Assembly (NCBI GenBank): GCA_030141605.1
Contig: JAQGDQ010000372.1
Span: 124,001 to 188,000 of the forward strand
Source: Tubiluchus corallicola
Taxonomy: Eukaryota; Animalia; Priapulida
Direction of reading: 5' to 3'
DNA: 64,000 nucleotides
Each line of letters opens with the position of its first letter. Positions within the stretch are counted from its first letter, which is position 1. Of this stretch, positions 43,902 through 58,255 are shown one piece after another. The position numbers and the translations under genes are program-made. The notes below the pieces were generated by a model. It had not been told where the DNA came from. It did no database searches and worked only from the letters and a program-made list of their open reading frames with translations.

Positions 43902-44857
43902 ACGACTTGGCTTATAGATAATCACACGAAATGGCCTACGCTTTGTTTTATGGGTCTACCGGTTTTTTGTTGCACCTTTTGCTGTACTACGTTGGTTAGA
44001 AGATCGTTAGAAAGCTGCTTTCATCATTCCAACTTAGAGACATCTTATTGTGGCAGCATATGCCTTTATTTTTTATTATATTTTTTTGCATCGAATGGCT
44101 GCTTTTAGGCATAGCAGTTGCAAATTTTTGTTTCACTAATGCATTCCTTATTTAGTGCTTTCTTTTTTTCTGAAATGACCAAGTGTGTAGTGATGCCTTG
44201 CGTGTTATGTTATTGCGCACAAGCTTTATATTTTTGATATAGTTCTAGATTTTTCTTTCGCTTTACAGTCGTTTACTTGTTGCGGCAGAAGCTTTGAAGA
44301 ATACTTGTAACTTACAGGGGTAATTTAAATTTACACATTTCTTGCAAATTGTTCTGATACCAAATTAAATCCAAAAATTGCACCAATCAAAATTGTAAGC
44401 CATGCTCTTTCATGTGGAAGCAAAAGCTGAAATTAAAATAAGCTGAAAGGAAAGAACAAGTCACGCAGTATGTTGGGTTTATTTTACCGTTACCACTTGA
44501 ACTGTTTGTGGTGTGCTAAAGGAAAGGACAAGTCAGTCAGTATGTTGGGTTTATTTTACTGTTATCATTTAAACTTAGAAAAATTTAATAAAGAAATTTT
44601 CAAAAAACTGTCTATAAAGCATAAATTTAAAATATGCTACCTCTGAGTATAAATTATCAGGCGCAGTGGTTGTCGTCATTCACTTGAAAAGTATGACGTA
44701 ACTGGGAGACTTCGTGACTTTTTGTAAGCATATCTTGGCTTTCTGTAAGCGCATGCTGCTTGAACTAATGAAAATTTCTGCAGCTTAGCTAATGTTTATG
44801 CAAAAATATTACAAAGTTATCAATCTGATTATTTTGTAAAAACGTATTATACTTTTG

Positions 44858-45285
44858 TGGAAAAATTGACAGTGTGTTACTTTTGTTCGGGTGAATGACG
44901 TCATTGGAGGAAAAATTGACAGTGCGTTACTTTGTTCGGGCGAATGACGTCATTGGAGGAAAAATTGACAGTGCGTTACTTTTGTTCGGGTGAATGACGT
45001 CATTGGAGTGGTGGTTTTTTGTTGGTGGTTTGGGGTTGGTGGTTTTTGTTTGGGTGAATGACGTCATTGGAGGAAAAATTGACAGTGCGTTACTTTTGTT
45101 CGGGTGAATGACGTCATTGGACGAAAAATGGGCAGTGCGTTACTTTTGTTTGGGCAAATGACGTCATTGGAGGAAAAATTGACAGTGCACTACTTTTGTT
45201 TGGGTGAATGACGTCATTGGAGGAAAAATGGGCAGTGCGTTACTTTTTTTCGGGTGAATGACGTCATTGGAGGAAAAATGGGCAT
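44858..45285. repeat. 50-bp minisatellite with 8 CRE palindromes
   Basis: TGACGTCA at 44896, 44945, 44995, 45059, 45109, 45159, 45209 and 45259. Confidence 0.95.
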
Positions 45286-48200
45286 TGAAAATCAGAACAA
45301 CCAAGCGTAAAGCGAGTTTAAAGTGATTTTACTAAGTACATGAGGGCACGTATTGCAGTTTTATTACTAAATCCTCTCAACAATATTGAAATACGCCTTG
45401 ACAGCTTGACTTTTCCTTTAAGAGTTCTAGTAACCTTTACTAAATAATTTATGCAATTTTTTAAACCTTGCTGTACCTGTAGTTTTATAAACCTGCAGAT
45501 TATTAATTTGTTGATAATTTTCTGGCTGGCTGCATGATGTGGATCAAGAACATTCTAGGAAGACCCATTTTCATTTCATTTTAAATTTTTCATAAAATTA
45601 CGGAACGAAAATTTTGCTTGCTTGTTTATGTACTAGTCAAAAGGCAAATTATGATAGCAATGATAGCATTTGCAAACTTGTCAAACAGAGATTTTTGATT
45701 ATAATATAATGTTTTTGATTTTGATAATTTTGATTTATTATAACCCTGAATTAAGCCTGTCAAAAATTAGTTTTTTATGTGTATCTACATGATACACTGA
45801 TCTAAGATTTTCATGTCGTCCTTGTTATAAAGTAAAGTAATGATTTTTATGGATTGTTAGAAGTTTCATTAACTAGCTAGATTTTAATTTTCTGTGCATG
45901 TTCGTAGCAATTAAATGTTAGGGTGAGCAGTCTCTATCAGAAAGCGAATTCGAATTTAAAATTTGTTTTCGAACGAACTTTTGAATCATTAATAAAAAGC
46001 AGTTTCTTGCATAATCCTACAAAGATCGTTGCTTACGGCTTAATTATGGCAGTAAAAACACAAATAATTTATTTAAAAACTGTGCACAGAATTTGCGCTA
46101 AATTATTCTGCTTACACAAAAGCTCGTTCGAACTCGAACACTCACTGCTCACCCCCACTAAATGCTATGTATAATTATTCTCTTGTTTCTGACTCAAAAA
46201 TACACGTATGTTATTGTCATTGTTAAGGCAGCAGCTGTCCAAGACCCCAGGACACAGTAATAATGTTCTACTACATGCCTAAAAATGAATCTGGTTGATT
46301 ATTTCTGATTTAACAGCTTACACACATCCAGTAAGTGCATTGCCTTATTAAAGTTTTACATAATATTTTCTTTTAACCTGGTCCAAGGTCTTGTGCGTTA
46401 AGTGCTACTGGTGACAGAGAATCTGCTAAGTGTTAATTTATGTCTCATCTATTAAGGAACATATGCAGTTAACTTGCTTAGATCGTATCTCAGCAGTGCA
46501 AAAAAATCACTCGAGTTAAATGAAATATCTACTGAAGCGTTATATGATCACCCATGCAACAAAGCTAACGTTTGTTGGCACTTGTTAATTGGACATTAGA
46601 GTTAACCACATACGACTTAAGTGGATTTGACTGCATTACTCAAATGCTGAACAGTACACTTAGTAGAAAAACTTGCTGTAGCAAAAAAAGAAAGAAATGA
46701 ATGTCTTCTCCTGTTATTACTTTAATTATTAAAAATGTTACGAATTTTGCTCATAAGCACACTAACGACAGAAATCCATACTTGTACGGGATTTTAACAA
46801 TTACAGTTTAGTGCAGGGACCAGATTGTTACCATATAACTGTGTCGAAGTTTTTTGTTAATTTGTAGTTACAGTAAAAAATTGTTATTTATATCTTATAA
46901 GTAGGTTCAATTATGTATTTTTTCTAAAAAAAAACTCGCTTCATTAAAATTATTGTATTCGTTTTGTGCTGTTGCGTACACAACGAATTATATAACGAAA
47001 TTAGTGGATACTTTTTTGTCATCTGTTTCAACAGATTTTCATTAATTTTTGTTTGTAATAATGTGTGTAAATTAAAATATTTTTTGTACAATTGGTAAGT
47101 TAATAAAAAATGATCTTGCATAGCAAAAATCTCATTTTTTCTGGATTTTATTTTTTCAAAACAAGGTTCGCAGCAAAATTGCCAGATATTTTGTTGAAAA
47201 TAGACTGCTGTGTGTGTTTCTTTAAAGTTTTATTTGCCTTAAAAACAGAGCACTTGGACAGACAGGACAGTAACAATTTTTATGAATGTTAAGCATCATA
47301 TTATTGTAAGTAAGTAAGTAAAAAATTTATTTGTCTCTGAATGTTACAAAATAAACATAAACAAAAGGTAAGAACTAAAATAAAGACGGAAAAGAGACGG
47401 TGTGGCGAAAAGACCAAGGGTCACCAAGTCAACCACCCCTATCCAAACTGAAGAAAATTAAGTGACCTGTCAAGTAATATATGTACAAATGAAAATAATC
47501 AGCAACTTGATAAAATAAAAATAAATGACAACAAGGCAACAAGTTCAAATGAGTTTGAATTTAGAAACAGTAAATAAGTTTGGCTATGAGAAGAGGCAAA
47601 ATTTAAATTAGCAAACAAAACGGAAAATTTAAACTCATCAAAAACAAAACTAATAATTACATATAAATCAAGAACTTAACACAAAATAAGAAGCAAAAAT
47701 TACAAAAGTTTATGCACATTTTAGAAAATCACATGTTAAAAATTGTAACTTAGGTACTTGTGCTTACTTATGGGTTATATAAGCGTAAAATTACTTATTG
47801 CAATAGACCACTACTCATTCTAATGAAATTTACACAGCTCTAGTTTCGGTAATGTCCGATAGATGGCAAAACAGGCGTTAATGTCGGTTATCGTGAGAGT
47901 ATTTTAGTAAATTTGGTGTGTGATTTTTTGCCGTTTTTTGCAGTTGCATGTAGCGATGTTGCAGTGTAGATAATTTTAGAAATAGTTATGATTTTAGGAA
48001 TTAGAAGCATGATGTATTGGTATGCATGATCAAAATTCAAAATAGTGCTGGTAGTTCACAACTTGCCAGAGCTTAGTCTCGGGTTACGGTGATTACACAG
48101 TACCTTCTGTACTGACTACAACTTTGTAACTGGCAGGAACTTTTGTAGGTGCAAGGCAGAACACACTGTCACTTCCTTTAGTTGTTTCTTGTTGCTTTCG

Positions 48201-48504
48201 TAATTCCATGAGAACTATTGCAAGTTCTAGCTTTATTCTTCTCTGCGTTTGTACATTTGTTTACACGAGATCTTGAGCCCTGGACTCTTCTTCTTTAAAT
48301 GAGATGTACATTTACACACAAATAGGTGCTCTGTTATACCAGTTTCATTCATGCGCAAGTGACATGTATTATCGTTAAGACTCTGCTTATTGCATTTTTA
48401 TTTACTTTCTTATTTCTACTTCTAGATGTTTAATTTAATTTTCATCCCTGAGTCCAATTTTAGAAGTATATATTACTAGCAGCCAAGTACACTAACTACT
48501 TAAG

Positions 48505-49206
48505 CAGTGGCGGCTCTTGTATAGGCACTGTGGAACTGCAGCACCCTCTATTTTTACTCGATATTATCGATAATATTCAATATAATGAGCCTTTTTCTTT
48601 GATTCTTTCTTTATGCTTGTATGGAATCAGAGCATGTGACGAAACTGTGCGTTTCTTCACACAGGCCCAGCACGGTGCACTCACAACTCCAGTAACGTGG
48701 TATTTGGCTGTTGTGCACATGTCTAAGATAGTGCTTGGTAGAGAGAACACTGTTGCTCAGGCATTTCTGTGGTACGTGTTGAAAGGAGAAGTATTTGAAT
48801 GTTTTTAGGATTCTTTGTTCCAGAAAACCAAACTGTAGAGCTCATATCAAAACGTATTCTAGAACAATTAGTCATATTCCTTCAAGGAAATTGACAAAAA
48901 CTGGTAACTCAAACATTTGACGGTGCAAATGTCGTGAAAAAGCAGGAGTTCAAGCAGAAACAAAAGCAGTTAATAGTAATGCACATTTCTTTCACTGTTA
49001 TGCACATCATCTTAATTTAATGATGAGAAATGCAGCGAGTGTTACACCCTGCATTATTTTCATACGTTTGTTTGTTTAAAATTACAATTACACATTACAA
49101 CATTAAAATTTTACATATGTTTGTTTCGTTTTACACATCATTAAAACAATGGTCAAAAATTTTCTGAAGCAGCACTCCCAGTAATTTTAGCTACGAGCCA
49201 CCACTG
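48505..49206. mobile_element. hAT-type MITE
   Basis: TIR CAGTGG(C/T)GGCTC; 8-bp TSD TACTTAAG/TACTTACG. Confidence 0.75.
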
Positions 49207-50700
49207 TACTTACGGCTAAAAAACAAGAATATAATTAGTTGTTCTCCGTAAGCTCCTGCAGTAGGTTACTGTGGCTCGGCTAACATATTCCTTATATTTA
49301 GTATTTGTGGCATTTTTTACTCTGTACTCTGAATTTTGATCATGGATACCAATACTTCATGCTTCTAATTCCTAAAGTAAGCTGGATTTTTACTCTGTTT
49401 TACTAGTCTTCATCATTCCTGTTAGTTTTAGTGAAAATAGCACTCCAACAGTAGCCTACTATTTGCGCATGAAACGATAGTACATGACAATCACTGTTGA
49501 AATTTTTTACTCAGGTCACAACTCGCAATCTGAATCTTCGTAAAAGTTTGTGAAAGATGTAAGATACTTGTTGAAGCCAGCAAAACTTGTTGCCAGCTAC
49601 AAATTTATTGTCATGCATAATGCAGCATAAGTCCACATTTGCATATACAAAAAGTTGAAAACGCATCAAATTCTCCCATATAAATTGTAAATACATTGTT
49701 AACTTGTTGGTATAGAACAGACAGAAAACTTAAACTAAACACATGGACTGCATATAAGTTTTGTAATGTGACTTTTATCAACTCATTAATAAGTGAATTC
49801 TAGCTAGTAAAATTAAGTAGGTCATTTTTACTGTAGAATGTATAGAACACGTTCTCAAATATTGTTATTAGAAGGTGTCTAAAGTTTTGGAAAATCCATC
49901 ACTTAGTATAGATACCTTTGGCTAATGCAAGCTCAAGGTAGTATGTAAATTTGCATTGCTGCATATTGTTACTGATGATGTTACATGATACAAAATATGC
50001 ACAAGCGTAACAGAACCTGTTAGTAAAAGAAACAAATGAATTAATGTTCATTCAGTGTAAAATAAATATTCTTTTTTCATTGTGTACCATTAAGACACAA
50101 CTCTACGATTAAGACACTTGTTTTGTAATTGTAATTTATTATCACTTCAGCATGTATTTTTACATTACAATTTGCATTATTATCTTTAACTATGATGCCC
50201 TATAACTGGAAAATGAAATATAGTTACAATAATTGTAACAGAACTACATTAGTATACTATAGTATAGCATGATATAGTTAGGGAAAAAAGTCCAAATATA
50301 ATTACAAAAATTTAACAGAAATGTACCAACATAGTTACTAAACTACATAATAGTTTGTCAACAAGAAATAGATGCTGCATGGTGGTCAATCAAAAAGCAA
50401 AGCTTGTAAGACCACCATGAAAAGTGAAAAACCGACTTAATTTACAAGAGAGAGAATTATAGAAAAACAGGGAGTAGTTAAGATAAAATAATAGACAGAG
50501 ATAGAGAAAAAGAGAAAAGAAATGAATTAGAAAGAATTTTTATAGCATACACCAGATAGCATGCCAACAACTCAACAAATAAAATGTACAAGATGTAAAC
50601 TATAAATTTGCAAGCCAAATTCATTTCTAGTTTCACGTTTTATTGTATGATTGTAGTTTAAATTTTAATCTTTACATTTTCTTGATCAATTTCAGGAAAG

Positions 50701-52985
50701 ATGCCTTATCTTAAGACACCTTTAACAGACATAACTGCGCACTATTTTCACGCCCAGGGCACCCCGTGTGAAGAGCTAGAAATGGATTTCTTCAAGTGTC
50801 TGACGGCGTACGGAAAACGGCAAGGCGTTACCAAATGCCGTCCGGAATATAACGATTTTGTAGAATGTGTTAAACAGAATAAAGAGGTAAGAAGTTTTTT
50901 TAATGGTGTCTACAAAAGTTATCACACAATAAATGCTCTTGATTCTGAGTTTAATCTAAAGTGGCATTTGCGCTGCTTGCAGATGCATTTTCCATCTGTG
51001 GAACAGTCTGCGGAAAAAAATCAATAGGAATAGTTGCCGAAAAAGAATAACGCATATGCAGGCTGCGCAAACGGGTGCATTGAAGACAATCTAAACCGAT
51101 TTTATATATTCTGCATCCTCCAAAATGCATCCGCATCCAGATGCTACATAGATGCTACTTAACCCTGCATTTTGACTGCTGAAAATAAAAATGTCAGTAA
51201 TGATAAGTCTTTCTCAAATTTTCTGCATGATAATGTAGCAGATCTGCGTTGTAGAGAACAGTATCAATGAATGCAGCTTGGAAAACTGGTATTGAAATTT
51301 TGATTATGTGTGGAATTATAAATGTAGAGTTTGCGTTATGAGTAGTGCTGTGTAAAACTTCAAAAATTTATATATCTGAGCTCATCTGTTGAAAAACTAA
51401 CGGGAGTTTCATTAATACTGGACTGCCGTCTGCTCATAGCGGAGGCAGGACGGATGGCACCGCAACCCACACGTAAGTGGGTGCATGTCGTAATTATCTC
51501 ATTCAGAGCATCACCCATAAACAAAGATTGAATAATAGAGTCAGTTGAAATGGAAATTTATTATTGAATAATAATAATAATAATTATTGGACACTTTGAA
51601 TAAGGAACGACCAGCTTACCTACAGGGACAGAGTTTGCGAGAAAAGCCTGAGAAATGTGAACATAGCCGCACATGCTGCGAAAGACACTACCACTGACAA
51701 GGGTCTACAGCAGACCTTCCCTTTTTATAAGCTCAGGTCTGCACGTGACTAGTGGCTTTTACTAACACAAGGTCAGAATACGAGTCTGTGCTAGATAAAG
51801 CCATGTTCACATGCACACCTGAAAAGTCTACTGTATTCCCCTGCCAGCATTACATTTCATTTCACCACAGCCCTGTAGTACAATACGTATTGTACAAAGC
51901 AGTTAAAGAAGTAGGAGTGCGCAAATCACGGATTTAGTAAAAATAAATAACAATTATTTTGTGAATGTTACTTAATAAGAGGAAAGCGTACAACTCGAGA
52001 GCATCATAATGATATACTAACTGAATCTGTTTCTGGGTTTAAATTACATTCACCATCCTTCACACTAATCATGTTTTATTTCTGGTTTGAACAAAGTTTT
52101 TTACCTATTTAGCTATATTTAGGGTAAAGTGGTAAACTAACTGTTTGACAATATTTGTTTAATGACAAATAAACAAACTGGTAAAATTTTAATTGACCTT
52201 CTAAGCAGGGCTGGATTACCGTATAAGCTAGTATAGGCTGCAGCCTAGGAGCCTAGGACCTGTCAAGCTTCGGGGGCCCATACTTTGCATCGCTGAATAA
52301 TTCATGTAAGTTGAAATAAAATTTCAACTTTAAAAAAAGAGGCCAGGAAGTCTGAAAATGCAATTTTAAGTGGCTTCTCATTTGAGAGGAACCCTCTTTT
52401 ATTTGAGACAACGTGCCCTTGTTTGAGACCCTTTATTTGAGACAATGCGCCCTTGTTTGAGACCCTTTATTTGAAATAATGGGCCCCTGTTTGAGACCCT
52501 TTATTTGAGATAATGGGCCATTGTTTGAGACCCTTTATTTGAGATAATGGGCCCTTGTTTGAGACCCTTTATTTGAGACAATGTGCCCTTGTTTGAGACC
52601 CTTTATTTGAGATAATGGGCCCTTGTTTGAGACCCTTTATTTGAGATAATGGGCCCCTGATTGAGACCCTTTATTTGAGATAATGGGCCCTTCCTTTGAA
52701 ACCCTTTATTTGAGATAATGGGCCCTTGTTTGACACCCTTTGTTTGAAATATGGGACCCTCATATGCGCAAATGTTGCTGAAATCTGTCAAGTAAAAAAT
52801 TTTCAATGTACTGGTTTCAGCAAAGCAGAGCTATTTGTTCATTCCTTCATGCATTAGCCAATAGTTAAAATATGTTCTTTTTGCAGGGAGAGCGATTGGC
52901 TATCATGAGGCAGGAAAGATTAAGGCAGTACTTTAAGGGAGAGAGAGAAAAACTGTATGATCCACCGCCACCTAAAGATGTATGA
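50701..52985 (+). CDS. NDUFS5: NADH:ubiquinone oxidoreductase 15 kDa subunit (twin CX9C), 2 coding exons, 94 aa
   Basis: Exons 50701-50886 and 52887-52985 (phase 0). Twin CX9C motif C-EELEMDFFK-C...C-RPEYNDFVE-C and C-terminal RLAIMRQERLRQYFKGE...YDPPPP, ending in TGA TGA TGA. An acceptor (ttcag) 5 nt before the ATG implies an unlocated upstream non-coding exon. Confidence 0.85.
51486..51854 (-). mobile_element. Possible LTR remnant in the NDUFS5 intron
   Basis: TGT...ACA termini with minus-strand TATAAAA and AATAAA; no TSD found. Confidence 0.35.
52395..52760. repeat. ~34-bp minisatellite, ~10 units, NDUFS5 intron
   Basis: Unit CTTTATTTGAGATAATGGGCCCTTGTTTGAGACC; preceded at 52206 by a hAT-like CAGGGCTGGATTA end. 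Confidence 0.92.
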
Positions 52986-53789
52986 TGATGACACTGCGCT
53001 TTTTCAGTTGTTATAATATTTTATGAAACTAGGACTGCTTGTGTGAACCAGTGGATGGTGTGGTGATACTGGCATCTTTAGTGTTCTCAACCCGATACTT
53101 GTACGCTTACGAATGATTTGGAATTCTCGCTTAGTGTTAGCAGGATACATCGATTACACGTGATATATCCATTAGCGGTTTTGATGTTTTTGTTGTAGAA
53201 ATGTTGCAGAACAGTTTAAGAAAATGATATTTTGCGTTACATACGATTTTCAACAAATTTACATTTATAGGTTTTCTTTTGCAAGAATTCTTATTAAGTG
53301 TATTATAAAACTTGGAAGTTTTGCCATAAACTAACTTTGCTGAGATACTTTCATTCTATGTTGTTGACTAAGCTGTAGGTGGACTGCGTCCGTTTTTTAA
53401 ATCCGTAGACCACAATGGATTATAGCGTGGCTCTAATGTGTACATCGTTATGCTAAAATAAATTTTGTTGATTTATGTATACTATATAAATTTTCTCTGT
53501 AGTTTACTAGGTTTCCTGCATGCATATAGTTGATCTTTGAAATTTAGAAAATAATTCACATTCATTTTAGGTCAAAAGTGTAGGGAAAATGCCAAAACTA
53601 ATGTGGCAATATAAATGCCAGCCATGAGTTTTTTACAGTAATTTATTAATGTTGACAAATTCTGAGCTTTCACTAGCATTCTGTTTATGTGGCTTTTTCA
53701 AAGGCAATTTGAATTTACCATCATATCGGGTGCCTCAAAAGTCTCTCATTGTTTTTAAAAATTTATCAAAAACTAATAGCAATTACAAC

Positions 53790-54250
53790 TCAATTCAATT
53801 TCAGTTTCAATTTATTTATCTCTTTATAATACTACAATAAAACATTATTAATAAGAATCAGTAATAAATTTTGAAGAATGGTTAAAATGAATGGATATAT
53901 CTAGAACTAGAGAAAGGTTAGAGAAAAGACAATTCGATTCAACTCAATTTCAATTTATTTATCTCTTTGTAGTGTTACAATAAAACATGGTTAATAAAAG
54001 AATCGCTAATAAGTTTTGAAGAATGGTTAAAGTGAATAGATATATCTAGAACTAGAGAAAGGTTAGAGAAAAGACAATTCGATTCAACTCAATTTCAATT
54101 TATTTATCTCTTTATAGTGTTACAATAAAACATGGTTAATAAAAGAATCGCTAATAAGTTTTGAAGAATGGTTAAAGTGAAAAGATATATCTAGAACTAG
54201 AGAAAGGATAGCGAAAAGACTATAAAGTCACCTAGTCTGCTATCCTTTAC
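53790..54250 (-). repeat. Three ~130-bp tandem copies of a LINE-like 3' end
   Basis: Repeated unit TTCAATTTATTTATCTCTTT...CTAGAACTAGAGAAAGG; terminal hairpin at 54203-54247. Confidence 0.75.
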
Positions 54251-54894
54251 CAAATATAGATAAAATGATTTTTAATTTAAGGAAATTTATCAGTTTAATT
54301 TAGGAAACATTAATAATTTTAAAATTATGACATTTGCTATATAATTAAGTAATCCAGAGTAAAGAAAATACATGTACTTTAATTAGCGAGCAACAAAATA
54401 AGGTCAATCTTGATTAAACTAAAAATTGCATTTAGATTTTATGTGAAATACAGGTCAAAAAATTGTTATGAAATGATAAAAACACTTTGGGTTAATAATG
54501 CAATTAATCAACAACAGGAGTTAAATACATTTTGATTTGAGTTCAACTTCATTATTTCTAGGCTTATTGATTAAGAACAAATCTACTGACTTGGACAATA
54601 ATACTAAATAATATAATTCTCAATATACTGATAAGACAAACATTTAGCTATACAGGTTTTTTTAGTAATTTTACAAAGGAGAGCTAAGACTTGTGTAATC
54701 TGTGAACAACACCTAAATCTTTACTCATAAAGTAGTACTGCAGTATGACTTTAATAATTAGCCATTTAGCAGTTTGATGTGGGTGAGTGATTGATTCATG
54801 AGAATTATAGTTTTTTTTCTGTTTTTGTCATTAAAATGGGTCACTTATTACAATAAAATTGAGTAAGCCTCAGCGTAATGTTAAGATAACAACA

Positions 54895-55470
54895 CTGTTC
54901 AAGACAAATGCGTCCAGTGCTTATTAAAAAAAACTAAAGTGCAAAACTAAGGCCTAATTATATACAATTATTTACAAACACCATATTAAAATATTTTTAC
55001 AAAACAATATTACAAAAGTACATTAATTTTTACATGACGTATTTTACACTATAGGCCTATATACATTTGACGTGACACAATTAACAGAAACATGCTTTAC
55101 ATTACATAAATTTCGCTCATTACATTTACATTATATTTATACATTTGACATTACAAAACTAACATAACACGTATTACATTACATAATTTTTTAAAATTTT
55201 TACATTCCTAATCGTTTTATGGAGTCAGGGGCGGGGGTAGATGAAAGTTGAGTCTGTGTAATTAGTATCAGATGCACAATGTGGAAGTTTACACCTGTTA
55301 TACTGATATTCTTTTAATTTCTTTTTAAAGTGGTGGAGAGATTATATTTGCTTTATTTCACTGGGTAGTAAGTTCCATAAATGTATGGCTTGTTTTGATA
55401 TAGAATTATTTCCAAATTTATTGTTTACTGTAATTTGCTTTAAATTGTGTGTTCTAGGGTTTAATGTGGT
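54895..55470 (-). mobile_element. LINE 3' remnant; its 3'UTR is repeated at 17282-17435
   Basis: Minus strand encodes NKFGNNSISKQAIHLWNLLPSEIKQI*SLHHFKKKLK; 54896-55037 closely matches 17282-17435. Confidence 0.6.
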
Positions 55471-58255
55471 ATCAGGAATAAATGCTAAGTTGCATCAGCC
55501 TTGGCTGCAAGAGTCTGCTAGGTTAGAAGGTTACAAGGCTGCATAAGTCTATTGCAATAATTTTCATTTATACCTATATATAGCACGCTCTTCTATATAG
55601 CCATGCAGCGATTTTGCACCTGTGCCCTATGGAGTCCATATGTATTGTAGCAAATGAAAATGTTGCATCACACTTGAAAAGTATTCTAGAAAAATTCTGT
55701 TACAGAATAAGAGTTTAGCATGAGATGAACGTCCTTATTTGGTTAGCTGCAACGAAACTCAAATTAGTGGGGGGGATTTTTGAAACACCCTGTACTTTCC
55801 CACTGCAGCCTGTTGCTCTTTAATGGTGCCATACGTTTTGCATAATATGTATAAAACTGCTTTCTAGCATATTGACACAAAAGCTTTATTAACTAATCTA
55901 ATAAAAAACTAGGTTCGTTAAGACAAATAATTTTTATCATTTTTGTTAATGTCACTCATTATGTATTACCAACTGTTTACAGTGATGTCATCGCAATTTA
56001 CTAATGTATTATTGATTCAGAGGAAGCTAATTTACGTTTTAGTGACTTAAGTCATTAATTTATTTAATTAATAATTTACACATTCACGTAAATAAATTTC
56101 GATTATTTGTTCGTCCACCGCCATGCAAAGATTTGAGCTAATTCATCTTTGCAAAAATCTGTAATGCGGTAGCGTGTTTTATGTTGATGTGCCTAGATTT
56201 CTATCTCGTAGAAATAATGTAATACAGTACACCATTATGCGTGTTGCCGAACTACTTTATTTACAATGCGTTCTGACGCATTAATACATAACAGCGTGCA
56301 CAAATTTTTGTTCCGTGTGCGCGACCGACTTCCGACTTTGTCGCACACACGTCAAGAGTATTTCCTCTATTCTTTCTGTTGTAATGCAAACAAATATCGC
56401 GATTAGCTAGCCTGTCGTCACAGTAATTTTTCACATACGTATCCTACTTAACGTAAAATTAATGGTATTAGAAATTTGAAATATAACGACAAAAAAACAG
56501 CATTGCGCAAAAAATCTCCTCTACTGTACAACAAAAACCGGCCAATCAAACAGGTAATAACGTCGCCATTGTTCTGTTTCCAGTATCCATGAGTTTGTTG
56601 ACGAGTGGGAGAGACGTCCCAGTAACGACGCTTTGTTTACTCTTGATTAGCAATGATTGAGTTAGACAATCTTGTATACGGATGGCACTTGGGGAGGGCA
56701 TCCTATGATTAAAGTGTTGCAAGTTGGTTCTCCTGCCAGCTGCTGGGAGGAATTGGAATAACGTCTCAGAATAGTTCAGGATTCCGGGATTTCCACTGCT
56801 GTAAAAAACAACACCAACATCTTAAGATTCATTTTTTGGGATAAATGAACTAAAAAATATTATACTAGCCTTCAGAAAGATGTATCCTAAATTAAACATG
56901 TTTTCAACTAAAACGCATTAATGTTAAAAATCATTGAATTAAATTACACTCGTGTCCAGTAATGAAGTGTGTACGCTCTACAAGTTGATGCTTTTACATA
57001 TTTTGCAATAATTACGAGAGGCAATTTAATGGTCCATATTTGAATAAACTGATGCTGATCAGAATTTATTAACCAAAAGCACTTCCTAATAAAGACAGCA
57101 AAAACTATGAACTATGAATTTATTTTCACACATCAAAATACAATATCATACACATTAATAAACTTTAAATAAAATAATTTGAGCAGTGCGAGGTGAGTGT
57201 ACGACCATACGATCATTAACACACTCACCTTGCATAAATGAAAAAATGATTATAGTTATGCATGCATCTGTAGATAACTTGATGTAAATAAAGATGAAGA
57301 GATTAAATTATACATTATATTTGTAGTAATAACTATAATTGTATAGAACATTTAAATATAATTCATGGTAATAAAGATGATAGTATCACGTTTAAACAAG
57401 TCACCAATTGATGCAAAATCGAGTGTTGCATATTCACTTCTTAATTCCGGCTATGGGTAGAACAACAGTACACATGTCCCCCCCCCCCTTTAGAGCGAGT
57501 TATCGCAATTGGGTTCTCCGTTCTCTTTGTAATCTGTAGTATAACAAAAATCCACCGTGCATTTGCTTCACACCGTCGAATTAAAACTCAACACACAAAC
57601 AAAACTCAACATAAAACACCAGTCAAGCACCTGTGCAACTTCATACGTGTCTAATATGTTAATATCTTACCCAAAGCCATTTTCTTATAAATATTGCAAA
57701 CTTTATTAATTACTCGAAAATTCTGTGTCAACTCAATGTAGAGTTTTATGCAATTATGCTATTAATCACAGCTTCAATTGTGTTTTTAATTGTAAATCAA
57801 TTTTATTTCATCTTAACACTATCCTATCCTAACACAGCAGTCTTCACTGAAAAGATTTTGTGTCATAGTCTTGCCTATTTTAGCTTATTTCTTATTTAAT
57901 TTATTTTATTATTCGCAATTTAGTAGAGAAAGTACAGTGGCGTACGACAAAACTGCATGAAGCTGCCAAAATTATTTTAGCATAATTAGCACCGTTTGGC
58001 TAAATTCAGTTTAAAAGCTGGAGGACCATAATGTTGCTAATTATGTCTTCAAATATTAGCAGTTTTGAGTTATTCATTTACGATGCAACTACATAAATAG
58101 GTCAGTCTGGTGGTAATGCTGTTTTCATGCTGGTTCTAGTTATTTATATACAGTAAGTTTTTAATATTGTGACGTCACAACAGAATTTATTTTCCACTAA
58201 TGGGAAACGACTGTATCACTTCACTCACTTGTCTGACTGCAGTATACTTTTTTAA

